64,000 nt of DNA. Origin: an uncultured Nitrospiraceae bacterium (GTDB lineage: Bacteria > Nitrospirota > Thermodesulfovibrionia > Thermodesulfovibrionales > UBA6898). The number at the start of each line of letters is the position of its first letter. Position 1 is the first letter of the stretch. Positions 9,907 through 20,850 of the stretch are shown piece after piece. The DNA lies in contig CAWEQH010000010.1 in NCBI GenBank assembly GCA_963811165.1, positions 64,001 through 128,000 on the forward strand, given 5' to 3'. Below the pieces are notes generated by a model. It searched no databases and had not been told where the DNA came from. It worked only from the letters and a program-made list of their open reading frames with translations. The position numbers and the translations under genes were made by a program.

Positions 9907-10165
9907 TTATGAGATAGGCGGGATTTCGTTATTAGGATGCAGCGGCGGCCATAGCTTTTGCACTACGACCGCCTGTCTCGCGTTATCAGTGGCGATTTTC
10001 CGTTGTTTCTTCTTTGCCTCCGCGGTCTTGGGGACCTTTATCACAAGGATGCCATCCTTAAAGTTCACCTTTGCCTTGTCCGCATGGACTTGGGCAGGCA
10101 TGTGGATGCTCCTCGTAAAGGACCCGTAGGAACGCTCGAACATATGGTAGCTCTTCTGGCGGGGC
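9907..10165 (-). pseudogene. Truncated Hsp20/alpha-crystallin C-terminal remnant
   Basis: ERSYGSFTRSI...AKVNFKDGILVIKVPK; the N-terminal half is missing because hpnM ends directly upstream. Confidence 0.7.
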
Positions 10166-10167
10166 AG

Positions 10168-10827
10168 TTATTCTTTTTTCTCCCCTGACTTCTCAAGCCC
10201 TTTGATCTTTTCCGTAAGCATGGAGATCAGGCCGCTGAATCCTTTTTGTGTGATGGCGCCTGTGAACTGCGCCCGTGTGAGGGCGAGCTGGCTGACACCC
10301 GAGATCTGTATGTCTACTATCCGCCACATGCCCTCTGTTTTGCGCAGCAGGTAACGGAAAACGACCTCCTCTTTGTTTTGCTTGATCAATTTACTCGTCA
10401 CAGTGACTATGCCCCCTACGGGACCTTTCTCTGAAACGACTTCGAATTTCTCCCCTGAATAGCCGTCGAAGCGTCCCGCGTAAGTGGCCACCGTCCAGTC
10501 GGTGTAGTTCCTCACCAACGACTCACGCTCTTCGGGCTTAAGGGTCTTGCCATATCTGCCGACCGATTGCATGGCCATAAAAGAAAGGGCAAACGATTTT
10601 TTTATGACCGGTTCGAGGACCCTGTATCTGCCGTCATATCCCAGTTGTTCCGCTTTTTTCATGGCCTCAAGCAGGGCGGCGTCGAAGTTCCTGATGACCG
10701 CCGAAGGCCCCGGTATTTCAGAGGCCGCGCAAGGGCCGCGGAAAGGGAGAAGGACAATGAGAAAAAAAAACGAAGCAAAGGTGATAATAAGACTTTTTTT
10801 CTGTCTTTCGAAGAATAAGATGTTCAT
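10168..10827 (-). CDS. hpnM: HpnM / MlaC-like lipid-binding periplasmic protein
   Basis: WRIVDIQISGVSQLALTRAQF motif, signal peptide, hopanoid cluster context. Confidence 0.8.
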   Translation of the reverse strand: MNILFFERQKKSLIITFASFFFLIVLLPFRGPCAASEIPGPSAVIRNFDAALLEAMKKAEQLGYDGRYRVLEPVIKKSFALSFMAMQSVGRYGKTLKPEERESLVRNYTDWTVATYAGRFDGYSGEKFEVVSEKGPVGGIVTVTSKLIKQNKEEVVFRYLLRKTEGMWRIVDIQISGVSQLALTRAQFTGAITQKGFSGLISMLTEKIKGLEKSGEKKE

Positions 10828-10965
10828 GTCGACCGCCTTTCAATACGTCTGAGGCCCTTTTAATGAGGGCAATATATCGTTCTTTTTTGATATTATTTAC
10901 CGATGCCGTTTATGATAACCGAAAGAAGGCGATTTGGGAATGTTTTTGATGAGGGTTCTCGATAG

Positions 10966-13617
10966 ATGAAGCACGGAGAAGGCGGCCGGTCAAGGATTCT
11001 CCTTGGGAAATGGACCACCTTTGTCCAGCTGCACGCAAGGGCAGTGATAGCGGTCAGCATTCTCCTGACCGCTGGGATCCTCTACTATTCTCTTACTCAT
11101 TTCAGAATAAATACCGATGTCAGCGGCATGATATCGGAGAAGCTCCGCTTCCGTAAACTTGAGAATGACTTTACGCGGGCATTTCCGCAACTCTCCGATA
11201 CGATCGTCGTGGTGATCGACGCAGAAACGCCCGAACTCGCAACGGATGCACGGGTGCGCCTGGCCAAGGGACTGAGAGCGGAAAAGGCGCTATTTAAGAA
11301 CGTATATGAACCGGGCGGGGGCGTTTTTTTTGAGAAGAACGGACTTCTTTATCTGAGCGAAGAGGAGCTCCAGGACTTCGCCGACAAGATAACTGTAGCG
11401 CAGCCGCTTATCGGCTTTCTTTCGGAGGATTTAAGTCTGAGGGGATTATTTTCGGTGCTCGGACAGGCCCTGGAACAACCGGAAGATACCGTCTTGAAAG
11501 AGGGAAGGCTCTCTCTTGTTTTTGAAGAGATGAGACGGGCTTTCGACAGCACGGCAACACATGGATTCTACCGCTTGTCATGGGAGAGGCTTATGCTTGG
11601 GCAGAAGGATGCGTCTCGGCAGATGAGACAGTTTATTATAGCGCGGCCCTATCTCGATACCAATAGTTTGTCGGCCGGCGAGGCCGCCCTTGATAAGGTA
11701 CGAAAGATCGCTAAGGACCTCGGTCTTGACGGCGGCCGCGGCGTAAAGGTACGCATCACGGGCGACGTGGCGCTTGCCAGTGAGAATCTTGCGGAGGTGC
11801 GCAATAGCGTCGGCGTTGCAACCCTTGCATCCCTCATACTGGTCGGCTTTATCATTTATATCGGTCTGGGGGGGTACGGCCGAATGATGGTGGCGGCGCT
11901 TGCGACCCTTATTATCGGCCTGGTCTGGACCACCGGGTTTGCGATAGCCTTTATCGGCAGTCTTAATATGATATCGGTGACGTTTGCGGTGCTTTTCATC
12001 GGTCTCGGCATCGACTACAGTATCCAGTTTTGTCTGCGCCATAAAGAACTGCTCGAATCCGGGGTTTCGCACCGTGAAAGTCTTGCGATTACCTCTACAG
12101 GCGTGGGCAGGAGCCTCCTTCTTAGCTGTATTACGACGGCGATAGGCTTTTACGCCTTTCTCCCGACCCCGTATGCCGGAGTTGCGGAACTCGGCATGAT
12201 ATCCGGAACGGGTATGTTCATAAGTTTTATTGCGAACCTGACCATACTGCCCGCCTTGATCGAGTTATTGCCGGTCAAGTCGAAAAAGGCCTCCGGCGCC
12301 GATGCCGTCATGTCGATCGTGAAAGTTCCGTACCGGTATCCGCGCCTTATCGTTGCCGTCTCGCTCCTTCTTGGAATTGCCTCGGCCCTGCTTCTGCCGC
12401 GGTTTTATTTCGATTATAATCCCCTTAACCTCTATGACCCGAAATCGGAATCGGTAGCTGCCGTCAAGGAACTTTTCAAGGACCCTGAGACTACTCCGTG
12501 GACGATCTCCGTACTTGTCAGAGGGAAGGAGAATGCGGGGAGACTTGCAGAGAAACTGCGGGCGCTCAGGGAGGTTAAGACGGTTGTTACGCTCCTTGAT
12601 TTCGTGCCCGAAAAACAGTCTGAGAAACTCAGTATCCTTTCCGATATCCGGCTTTTTATGCCGCCGGGGCTTGGACACGCAACAATAAAGCAATTGAGTT
12701 ATCAACAGGACCTCCATGCATTGGGCGTTTTCGAAAACAGGGTAAAAGACGCGATGGCGACGCCTTCCGTAAAGGAGCGCGCTACGCTCCAAGAGCTTTA
12801 TAAGAGTATTCAAGAGTTTAAACTCCTTTTGAAGGACCCCGTAAGGGGCAAGGCCGCACTTGACGGGCTCGAAGAAGGCCTGTTGGGGAATCTCCCCTCT
12901 CTTTTCCGACGGCTCGATATGTCATTTCAGGCATCCCCTGTAGATTTGCGCTCTCTCCCCGGGGACCTCACAGCCCAGTACCTCTCTTCCGATGGGCGTT
13001 ACAGGGTGCAGGTATTTCCGAACGAAAACCTTATGGACAGGACTGCCCTTGCGCGTTTTGTAAAGTCCGTGCAGGCGATCGCTCCGGACGCAACAGATGC
13101 CCCGGTATCAATCTATGAGTCCGGGATGGCGATTATATCTTCTTTCAAGCAAGCAACCCTGTACGCGTTTATCGCGATCACTATTTTTCTTTTGATTGAA
13201 CTGAGGAAGGTCCTTATCACGGTATTGATATTGACACCGCTGGTGCTGGTAATGCTTACGACGGCGGCGGCCTCGGTGCTGCTTGGAATCCCGCTGAATT
13301 TCGCTAACGTCATAGTTGTGCCGCTGCTCCTTGGCATAGGCGTCCATAGCGGGATTATATTTGTCGTCCGCTACCAGTCCGAACGCCCTGAGGGGGGCAA
13401 CATGCTGACGACGAGTAACGCCAGGGCGGCGCTCTTCAGCAACCTTGCCACGATGGTCAGCACCGGGAGCCTCTCTTTCTCGCCTCACAGGGGAATTTCG
13501 AGCATAGGGATACTCCTTACCCTCTGTCTCGGTTTTCTGATAGTATCGACTCTCGTTCTTCTTCCTGCTTTGCTTAAGTTGGTTGAAAAGCGTCTTTCAC
13601 ACGAGGATTTCGTTTGA
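10966..13617 (+). CDS. hpnN: HpnN hopanoid RND/MMPL transporter
   Basis: 883 aa, GLGIDYSIQF, FDYNPLNLYDP, NFANVIVVPLLLGIG; cluster context. Confidence 0.9.
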   Translation: MKHGEGGRSRILLGKWTTFVQLHARAVIAVSILLTAGILYYSLTHFRINTDVSGMISEKLRFRKLENDFTRAFPQLSDTIVVVIDAETPELATDARVRLAKGLRAEKALFKNVYEPGGGVFFEKNGLLYLSEEELQDFADKITVAQPLIGFLSEDLSLRGLFSVLGQALEQPEDTVLKEGRLSLVFEEMRRAFDSTATHGFYRLSWERLMLGQKDASRQMRQFIIARPYLDTNSLSAGEAALDKVRKIAKDLGLDGGRGVKVRITGDVALASENLAEVRNSVGVATLASLILVGFIIYIGLGGYGRMMVAALATLIIGLVWTTGFAIAFIGSLNMISVTFAVLFIGLGIDYSIQFCLRHKELLESGVSHRESLAITSTGVGRSLLLSCITTAIGFYAFLPTPYAGVAELGMISGTGMFISFIANLTILPALIELLPVKSKKASGADAVMSIVKVPYRYPRLIVAVSLLLGIASALLLPRFYFDYNPLNLYDPKSESVAAVKELFKDPETTPWTISVLVRGKENAGRLAEKLRALREVKTVVTLLDFVPEKQSEKLSILSDIRLFMPPGLGHATIKQLSYQQDLHALGVFENRVKDAMATPSVKERATLQELYKSIQEFKLLLKDPVRGKAALDGLEEGLLGNLPSLFRRLDMSFQASPVDLRSLPGDLTAQYLSSDGRYRVQVFPNENLMDRTALARFVKSVQAIAPDATDAPVSIYESGMAIISSFKQATLYAFIAITIFLLIELRKVLITVLILTPLVLVMLTTAAASVLLGIPLNFANVIVVPLLLGIGVHSGIIFVVRYQSERPEGGNMLTTSNARAALFSNLATMVSTGSLSFSPHRGISSIGILLTLCLGFLIVSTLVLLPALLKLVEKRLSHEDFV

Positions 13618-13691
13618 AGATGGAGGCTCTTTTTTGGGTGGAGAGGGGTAAGGCTTCAGTTATGGGTCGGAGGCCACTGACTTTTCTGTCT

Positions 13692-13771
13692 GTCATTCCG
13701 GCAGTGCGTTGAGCCGGAATCCAGTGACGTGGCCTTAAAGTCGCTGGATGCCGGATCAAGTCCGGCATGAC
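13692..13771. repeat. Double-hairpin palindromic element (GTCAT...ATGAC family), copy 1
   Basis: GTCATTCCGGC..GCCGGAATCCAG..CTGGATGCCGGA..TCCGGCATGAC. Confidence 0.8.
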
Positions 13772-13975
13772 GGCATACATAACATAATCTTAGTCGTAAA
13801 TGAAGCGGTACCGGTGTCTTCAACTGTTGTGTCTTTATAACTGAATGGATAGTGTGAGGGGTCGTTTTGATTTTGAAAATGAGATATGATCTGTTACAAT
13901 GTAAAGTGTTTGTACGGCCGCGTGTAAGCGGATTCCCGGATGGCCTTTATTATGTTTGTTCCGGGAAGGAGGAAA

Positions 13976-15400
13976 ATGCGTACTTTATTACTTAATCCAC
14001 CGTCCTTCGGAGGCTTCGACGGCGGGGCCGGAGCCCGCTATCAGGCGAGGCGTGAAATACGGTCTTTCTGGTACCCGACATGGCTGGCATATCCTGCAGG
14101 GATGATACCGGAGAGCCGTCTTCTTGACGCCCCCCCGGCCGAAATGGACATAAAAGACGTGCTTCGGGAGGCAAAAGGGTATGACCTTGTCGTCATCAGC
14201 ACCAGCACACCCACCGTCTCTCACGATGCAAAGGTCGCTGAACTGCTGAAGGAGCACTATCCTGGAATAAAGATAGGACTCGTTGGCGCCCATACGATGG
14301 TGATGCCCGGCGAGACTCTCGAATGCTCCAATGCCATAGATTTCGTCACTACAGGAGAATTCGATTACGCGATAAAGGAGATAGCCGACGGTTCGCCTTT
14401 AGATAAGGTGAAAGGCATTGCATACCGATCACACGGAGGCATCAGGAGGACTGAGGACAGACCTCCGCTTGAGGACCTCGATTCCCTGCCTTTTGTCACG
14501 GAGGTGTACAAGAGGGACCTCGATATCAGCAAGTACTATAACGGATATCTTAAGCATCCCTATATTTCGTTTTATGCCGGCAGGGGTTGCCGGGCCCGGT
14601 GCACTTTTTGTCTATGGCCGCAGACCATATCCGGTCACGCCTATAGGGTGAGAAGTGTCGGTAGCGTGTATGAGGAAATGGTGACGGCAAAGGGACTCTT
14701 TCCCGAGGTAAAAGAGTATTTCTTCGATGACGACACCTTTACCGACAACGCGCCCAGGGCGATAGAGATTGCGCGGAGAATCAGGGGCCTGGGCGTGACG
14801 TGGTCATGCAATTCAAGGGCGAACACGTCTAGAGAAACGCTCAGGGAGCTGAAGGAATGCGGCTTGCGTCTGCTTACCGTCGGGTTCGAATCGGGGAACC
14901 AGCGGATCCTGAATAATATCAAAAAGGGCATACGCCTTGAACAGGCCCGGGAATTCGTAAAAACTACCAAGGAACTCGGGATCCTCGTCCACGGGGCCTT
15001 TATCATAGGCCTTCCGGGAGAGACGGCCGAGACCATCGAAGAGACAATGCGATATGCCCTTGAACTCGACCTTTACAGCATCCAGGTGTCTCTCGTCGCC
15101 CCTTACCCGGGCACGGAGATATACGCCCAGGGTGTGAAGGAAGGGTGGATCGTGCGCGAGGGAGACAGCCTGACGAAAGACGGAATCCAGAATGCCGCGA
15201 TCGCCTATAACGGTCTTACAAGGGAAGAGATCTTTGAGACGGTGGAGCGTTTCTACAGAAGGTTTTACCTGAGGCCGAAGCCCATCATGCGGATCATGAG
15301 GGAGATGCTTCAGGACAGACACGAATTTGCTCGGAGGATAAGAGAGGGAAAGGAATTTTTCTCTTTTATGTCTAAGAGGAAGGAAGTCGTCGGGTCCTGA
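13976..15400 (+). CDS. hpnJ: Hopanoid-associated radical SAM protein HpnJ
   Basis: FDGGAGARYQARREIRSFWYPTWLA, GRGCRARCTFCLWPQT; GGAGG RBS before 13976. Confidence 0.92.
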   Translation: MRTLLLNPPSFGGFDGGAGARYQARREIRSFWYPTWLAYPAGMIPESRLLDAPPAEMDIKDVLREAKGYDLVVISTSTPTVSHDAKVAELLKEHYPGIKIGLVGAHTMVMPGETLECSNAIDFVTTGEFDYAIKEIADGSPLDKVKGIAYRSHGGIRRTEDRPPLEDLDSLPFVTEVYKRDLDISKYYNGYLKHPYISFYAGRGCRARCTFCLWPQTISGHAYRVRSVGSVYEEMVTAKGLFPEVKEYFFDDDTFTDNAPRAIEIARRIRGLGVTWSCNSRANTSRETLRELKECGLRLLTVGFESGNQRILNNIKKGIRLEQAREFVKTTKELGILVHGAFIIGLPGETAETIEETMRYALELDLYSIQVSLVAPYPGTEIYAQGVKEGWIVREGDSLTKDGIQNAAIAYNGLTREEIFETVERFYRRFYLRPKPIMRIMREMLQDRHEFARRIREGKEFFSFMSKRKEVVGS

Positions 15401-16284
15401 TGACCGCCCCTTTTCAAAGCAGGAGATTTCTTGTGATCGTTGCGGATGATTTCGGACGGTCTGTGGCGGTAAATAAGGCGGTCGCCGAGGCGTATGACAA
15501 AGGTATCCTGACTTCGGCAAGTCTTATGGCAGGAGGGGCTTCCTTTGACGACGCGGTGGGCATTTCAAGGGAAAGGAAGAACCTGTCTGTCGGTCTTCAT
15601 GTGACGCTCTGCGACGGAAGGGCGGTGTCGCCGCCTTCCCTGATACCCGACCTTGTCGACGATGACGGCAACTTTGAGAAGGACCCGGTGAAGGCCTGGC
15701 TCAAATATTATAAGAATGCCCTGCGGTCACAAATCGAAACAGAGGTGGAGGCGCAGTTTGAGCGGCTCGAAAAGGCCGGAATTTTCCCTTCCCATGTCGA
15801 CGGGCATCATCACCTCCAGATGCATCCTGTTCTCTTTAAGGTAATATGTCGACAGGCCTCAGGAAGGCGGGCCGGGTGGATAAGGGTCCCGAAGGAGCCG
15901 CTGAAGGTCGTCGTCAGCATGCGCTCGCCCCTTCGGGGTGCCATGCCTTTCCTTGAATGGGCGGTATTCGGTCCTCTTGGGACATATAATGCCAGAGAGG
16001 CCGGACGGTATGGAGTGAGGGTCCCGGATAATGTATACGGACTTTCGCGTACCGGAAGCGTTGATGAAGAATACCTCCTGGGCGTCCTTGCTATGGCGAG
16101 GGGTCCCGTTGACGAGATTTTTACCCATCCGGATATTTCTACCGGATCCGGACGGACCGAACTCAGGGCGCTTACCTCTGTTGCCGTGAGAGATCGGCTG
16201 ACTGCCCGTGGGACGACTTTGGCCGGCTACCGAGAGCTTTCCGCTGCGATGTCGCAGCTTCATTTCGCGGGGGAGGGGATATGA
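15400..16284 (+). CDS. hpnK: HpnK (ChbG/YdjC-family deacetylase)
   Basis: ADDFG, GILTSASLM, VGLHVTL, HVDGHHHL. Confidence 0.88.
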   Translation: MTAPFQSRRFLVIVADDFGRSVAVNKAVAEAYDKGILTSASLMAGGASFDDAVGISRERKNLSVGLHVTLCDGRAVSPPSLIPDLVDDDGNFEKDPVKAWLKYYKNALRSQIETEVEAQFERLEKAGIFPSHVDGHHHLQMHPVLFKVICRQASGRRAGWIRVPKEPLKVVVSMRSPLRGAMPFLEWAVFGPLGTYNAREAGRYGVRVPDNVYGLSRTGSVDEEYLLGVLAMARGPVDEIFTHPDISTGSGRTELRALTSVAVRDRLTARGTTLAGYRELSAAMSQLHFAGEGI

Positions 16285-16724
16285 AGACCTTCGTGATAGC
16301 CTTTCTGGCGGCCCTGAGCGCGGCGATCGGAGAAACGCTGCTGAGCTATGCGATGAAGAGGGGGGGACAGGTGGACGTGGGCGAGTTTAGCCACTGGGTG
16401 AACCTTGCAATGTCCGTCGTGCGGAATTCATATATTTTTTTCGGCGTTATTTTTCTCTCGGTCTATTTTTTTCTCTATCTCATCGCGCTTTCCTGGGCAG
16501 ACCTCAGTTTTGTCCTTCCCCTGACTGCAGTGTCCTATATTTTTGCAGCGTTCCTTGCGCGAGTATTTCTGAAGGAAGACGTCACCTGGTTGCGATGGGT
16601 CGGCACCATTGTTATAATTATCGGGATCACGCTCATTGCTTTTGACGGCAAGCAAAGAACAGGGTCGCCTGCGCCTGAGGCGCGGAGAGATAGTGGAGGA
16701 TTTCCGGAGGGTGTTAAAAGATGA
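16281..16724 (+). CDS. Small DMT/EamA-family membrane transporter
   Basis: LSWADLSFVLPLTAVSY...FLKEDV..LRWVG, four TM helices. Confidence 0.8.
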   Translation: MKTFVIAFLAALSAAIGETLLSYAMKRGGQVDVGEFSHWVNLAMSVVRNSYIFFGVIFLSVYFFLYLIALSWADLSFVLPLTAVSYIFAAFLARVFLKEDVTWLRWVGTIVIIIGITLIAFDGKQRTGSPAPEARRDSGGFPEGVKR

Positions 16725-16776
16725 ATGAAAGGGTGACGATAACTGCGGGTGGTTCCGGATCTCTACCTGCTTCCTT

Positions 16777-18816
16777 ATGTTCGACCATCGTCGCTTCGGG
16801 GGAGATATGGATCTGATTAACGGGGAGATGAGCAGAATACTCGGAAGATATTTCGGGTTTGTATCGACGGTCTTGCCTGAGGAGCGCAAGGATACGTCTT
16901 TGTCTTTGAGGGGGTTCGAGGTCCTTGGCGAAGAGATAGCGAGGGCGATGGAGATGACCAGCCGCAATTACCTTGAGGAGCAACACCAGGACGGCTACTG
17001 GTGGTATGAGCTTGAGTCCAACGTGACGATCACTTCCGAATACCTGATGCTTCTTCATTTTCTAGGACTGCACGATGACGATAGGGATGAAAGAATCGCC
17101 TGCCACATCTTCAACAACCAGAGGCCTGACGGTACATGGGCAATTCATTGGGGCGGAGAGGGAGACCTCAGCACGACTGTTGAGGCATATTTTGCGCTCA
17201 AGCTTGTCGGTTATTCCGCAGATGACCCCCGCTTACGGAAGGCGAGACAGTTCATCCTTGAAAGCGGCGGAGTTGAGGGCTGCAGGGTTTTCACCAGGAT
17301 ATTTCTGGCCCTGTTCGGTGAATTCGACTGGCAAGCCATCCCTTCTATCCCGCTTGAATTCAACCTTATGCCCAGCTGGTTTCCAATGAGCATCTACCGC
17401 ATGTCGAGCTGGGCGAGGTCTACCTTCGTTCCCATGTCGGTCGTCCTTGATATGAGGCCGGTGAGACCGATACCGGAAAGTGCGAGAATACGCGAGTTAT
17501 ATAAGAACCCCGATGAGACACCGTCTCTTTCCCCAAGGAAGCTTTCGCCTTTTTCGTGGAAGAGATTTTTTTTGATCCTCGACAGGGTGATAAAGTCCGT
17601 AGAAGGCACGCCCTTCAGGGTGTTTAGAAAGAGGGCGATGAGGTTTACGGAGCAGTGGGTCCGTGAGCATCAGGAACACACCGGAGACTGGGGAGGGATC
17701 CAACCTGCGATGGTGAATTCACTTCTTGCACTGTCATCCTTGGGTCATGGAGTATCCCACGAATCTATCAGAAAGGGGCTTGAAGCGCTTGAACGGTTTA
17801 CTTTGGAGAAAGAGGGGGAACTAGTACTTCAGTCATGCATTTCCCCCATATGGGACACTGCGCTGACTTCGCTGGCACTGCTGCATGCAGGGGTAGAGAG
17901 AGACCACCCCAGCCTTACCGGGGCATGCAGGTGGCTTGCGTCTAAACAGATATTCAAAAAGGGCGATTGGAGCGTAAGAAGGCCAGACCTTGAACCCGGG
18001 GGATGGGCATTTGAATTCGAAAACAGCTGGTATCCTGACGTTGATGATAGCGCGGTCGTGCTGATGCTGCTTTACCGGTATGCCGATGACGGTTTGATAG
18101 ACCGTACAAACCTTGAGAAGGGACTTGCATGGATACTGGGGATGCAAGGCAGAGACGGCGGGTGGGGCGCCTTCGACGTCGACAATAATATGAGGATATT
18201 AAATCAGTTGCCTCTGGGAGATCTCGAGGCGATGATCGACCCAAGTACGCCTGATCTGACCGGAAGAGTGCTCGAGCTCCTCGGTCATGCGGGGTATACG
18301 ATGGATAATCGTGCCGTGAAAAAGGCGATAAAGTTTCTCAAGAAGACCCAGGAAGACGACGGTTCATGGTGGGGTAGGTGGGGAGTAAATCATATCTATG
18401 GGACATGCACAGTCCTCTGCGGGCTTGGGTCGATAGGAGAAGACCTGAGGTCCCCTTACGTCAGAAAGGCCGTTCAATGGATCAAGGGCCACCAGAACCA
18501 GGACGGCGGTTGGGGAGAATGCTGCGAGTCCTATGCGGACACTTCGTTGAAATGCCGCGGCGCGAGCACTCCTTCACAGACGGCGTGGGCGATGCTGGCT
18601 CTCATGGCGGCAGGAGAAGGGGCGGCCGACGAGGTGATACGTGGGGTCAGGTATCTTCTTAAGAGACAGAAAGACGACGGTACGTGGGACGAGGAGTGGT
18701 TTACGGGTACGGGCTTCCCAAAATATTTTATGCTTAGATATCATAATTACAGGAATTGTTTCCCCCTTATGGCCCTTGGGAAGTTCTATGCGATGAATTG
18801 TAATGGAGGCCCCTGA
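16777..18816 (+). CDS. shc: Squalene-hopene cyclase (exact start uncertain)
   Basis: YPDVDDS (DXDD) motif, QW repeats (QRPDGTW, QEDDGSW, QNQDGGW), GTGFP. Confidence 0.96.
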   Translation: MFDHRRFGGDMDLINGEMSRILGRYFGFVSTVLPEERKDTSLSLRGFEVLGEEIARAMEMTSRNYLEEQHQDGYWWYELESNVTITSEYLMLLHFLGLHDDDRDERIACHIFNNQRPDGTWAIHWGGEGDLSTTVEAYFALKLVGYSADDPRLRKARQFILESGGVEGCRVFTRIFLALFGEFDWQAIPSIPLEFNLMPSWFPMSIYRMSSWARSTFVPMSVVLDMRPVRPIPESARIRELYKNPDETPSLSPRKLSPFSWKRFFLILDRVIKSVEGTPFRVFRKRAMRFTEQWVREHQEHTGDWGGIQPAMVNSLLALSSLGHGVSHESIRKGLEALERFTLEKEGELVLQSCISPIWDTALTSLALLHAGVERDHPSLTGACRWLASKQIFKKGDWSVRRPDLEPGGWAFEFENSWYPDVDDSAVVLMLLYRYADDGLIDRTNLEKGLAWILGMQGRDGGWGAFDVDNNMRILNQLPLGDLEAMIDPSTPDLTGRVLELLGHAGYTMDNRAVKKAIKFLKKTQEDDGSWWGRWGVNHIYGTCTVLCGLGSIGEDLRSPYVRKAVQWIKGHQNQDGGWGECCESYADTSLKCRGASTPSQTAWAMLALMAAGEGAADEVIRGVRYLLKRQKDDGTWDEEWFTGTGFPKYFMLRYHNYRNCFPLMALGKFYAMNCNGGP

Positions 18817-18818
18817 GG

Positions 18819-19817
18819 GTGAGGGCCCTGGTCACCGGCGCGACAGGTTTTATCGGGTTCCATGTCGCGGGTGCATTGCTCCGAAAAGGGCTTCAGGTCA
18901 GGGCGGTAGTGAGGAGGGGAAGCGATTCCGAAGCACTGGCATCTCTTGGGGCCGAAGTAGTTGCCGGAGACGTCAGAGATTACGATTCCCTCTTCAGTGC
19001 GCTAAGGGACTGTGACGTGCTTTATCATCTTGCGGCTGATTACCGCCTATGGGTCCCCGACCCGGCTACCATGTATGAGATAAATGTGCGCGGAACGAGG
19101 AATGTCATGGAGGCCGCATTTAGGCGCGGGACCGAAAAGGTGGTCTACACGAGCACGGTCGGAGTTTTGAAGGCCGGGGTAGATCGTACCCCTTCGAACG
19201 AGGATACCCCCGTAAGTTATAGCGACATGGCGGGGGATTACAAGAAATCGAAGTTTATGGCCGAGCGGGAAGTGTGCGGGTTTGTTGAGAAAGGGCTGCC
19301 GGTCGTGATCGTGAACCCTTCCACTCCCGTGGGCGAGATGGATGTAAAACCGACTCCGACAGGCAAGATGATAGTGGATTTTCTTAAGGGGCATATGCCT
19401 GCATATCTCGATACCGGACTGAATTTCGTCGACGTGGAGGACGTGGCCCTGGGCCACCTGCTCGCCGCGGAATTCGGGAGGGCAGGACAGCGATACATTC
19501 TTGGCGGAAGGAATATGACACTCAGAGAATTCTTTGAGTGTCTCGGCAGGGTATCAGGGAGGAGACCCCCGAGAGTCAGACTTCCCTATCTGCCGGTCCT
19601 GATTGCCGCATATTGCGATGAGGCGATCTCAAAGCTGGTATCCGGAAGAAGGCCTGTTATCCCTCTGAGCGGAGTGAAGATGGCAAAATATTTCATGTAT
19701 TTCGACTCTTCAAAGGCGGTGAGGGAATTGGGCATGCCGCAGAGCCCGGTCGAAGGCGCCCTCAGCAGGGCGGTGGCATGGTTTATAGAAAACGGTTACG
19801 TGAAGAAGGCGGCCTAG
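18819..19817 (+). CDS. hpnA: HpnA NAD-dependent epimerase/dehydratase
   Basis: VTGATGFIG, HLAADYRLW, YKKSK, KPTPTG. Confidence 0.9.
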   Translation: MRALVTGATGFIGFHVAGALLRKGLQVRAVVRRGSDSEALASLGAEVVAGDVRDYDSLFSALRDCDVLYHLAADYRLWVPDPATMYEINVRGTRNVMEAAFRRGTEKVVYTSTVGVLKAGVDRTPSNEDTPVSYSDMAGDYKKSKFMAEREVCGFVEKGLPVVIVNPSTPVGEMDVKPTPTGKMIVDFLKGHMPAYLDTGLNFVDVEDVALGHLLAAEFGRAGQRYILGGRNMTLREFFECLGRVSGRRPPRVRLPYLPVLIAAYCDEAISKLVSGRRPVIPLSGVKMAKYFMYFDSSKAVRELGMPQSPVEGALSRAVAWFIENGYVKKAA

Positions 19818-19845
19818 CAGAAATTCCTAAGGAGGATTTACGGAC

Positions 19846-20850
19846 ATGCGATTTCCTGCAGCACTCTACTCATCCCTCACAATTTTTTTTATAAAGAACT
19901 TTCTTGAGGGTATAAAGCGTTTCCCCCTGGTCCTTATGCTTGAGCCCACGCACCGGTGCAATCTGGCGTGCGCCGGGTGTGACAGGATAAGGCTCCATAA
20001 CGAACAACAGTCCGAAGACCTGTCTTTGGAGGAATGCATAGAGTCTGTAAAGGAATCGAGGGCCCCGGTGGTCACCATCACGGGCGGCGAGCCGCTTCTC
20101 TATCCTCACCTGGGCCCTCTTGTCAAGGAACTGCTTGAAATGAAGAGACATATTTACCTCTGCACAAATGGTCTGCTGACCGAGTCTTTCATAGACGAAT
20201 TCACTCCGCAGCCGAGACTTACGCTCAATTTCCATCTCGACGGCCTTGAGGAGACCCATGACGGGATAACGAAAAGGCCCGGTACGTTCAGGAAGGCACT
20301 CGAAAATATTCAGAAAGCCAAAAAGAAGGGCTTTAGGGTGAGTACCAATACCTCCGTCTATAAGAACTCCCGGAAGAAAGAACTTAACGAGTTGTTTGAG
20401 ATGCTTACCTCCTTGGGCGTTGACGGCACTCTCATATCACCGGCGTTCAGTTATGAAAGTGTCGGGGACGACATATTTTTGAACCGGGAGGAAGCGGTTG
20501 CCAGGTTCAGGGATATGGCGGACTTTTTTTCGAGGTTCCCGTTCATGAACTCTCCCGTGTATGTGGATTTTCTTAAAGGAGAGAAGGATATGCGTTGCAC
20601 GCCGTGGGGAAACCCGACTCGAAACCCCCTGGGCTGGAAATCTCCATGCTATCTGATCACCGACGCGTATTACGGGTCCTTCGGTGAGATGATGGAAAAG
20701 ACGCAATGGGAGAAGTACGGTACAGGGGCCGATCCGAGGTGCAGAAACTGCATGGTCCATAGCGGCTATGAGGCCACATCCATGAGGTGCGCCTTCTCGA
20801 GTCCCAGGGACCTTATCAGGCTGCTGATCTGGAACCTGAAAAAGGGTTGA
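19846..20850 (+). CDS. hpnH: Adenosylhopane synthase HpnH (radical SAM)
   Basis: FPLVLMLEP..CNLACAGC, CTPWGNPTRN, CRNCMVHSGYE. Confidence 0.92.
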   Translation: MRFPAALYSSLTIFFIKNFLEGIKRFPLVLMLEPTHRCNLACAGCDRIRLHNEQQSEDLSLEECIESVKESRAPVVTITGGEPLLYPHLGPLVKELLEMKRHIYLCTNGLLTESFIDEFTPQPRLTLNFHLDGLEETHDGITKRPGTFRKALENIQKAKKKGFRVSTNTSVYKNSRKKELNELFEMLTSLGVDGTLISPAFSYESVGDDIFLNREEAVARFRDMADFFSRFPFMNSPVYVDFLKGEKDMRCTPWGNPTRNPLGWKSPCYLITDAYYGSFGEMMEKTQWEKYGTGADPRCRNCMVHSGYEATSMRCAFSSPRDLIRLLIWNLKKG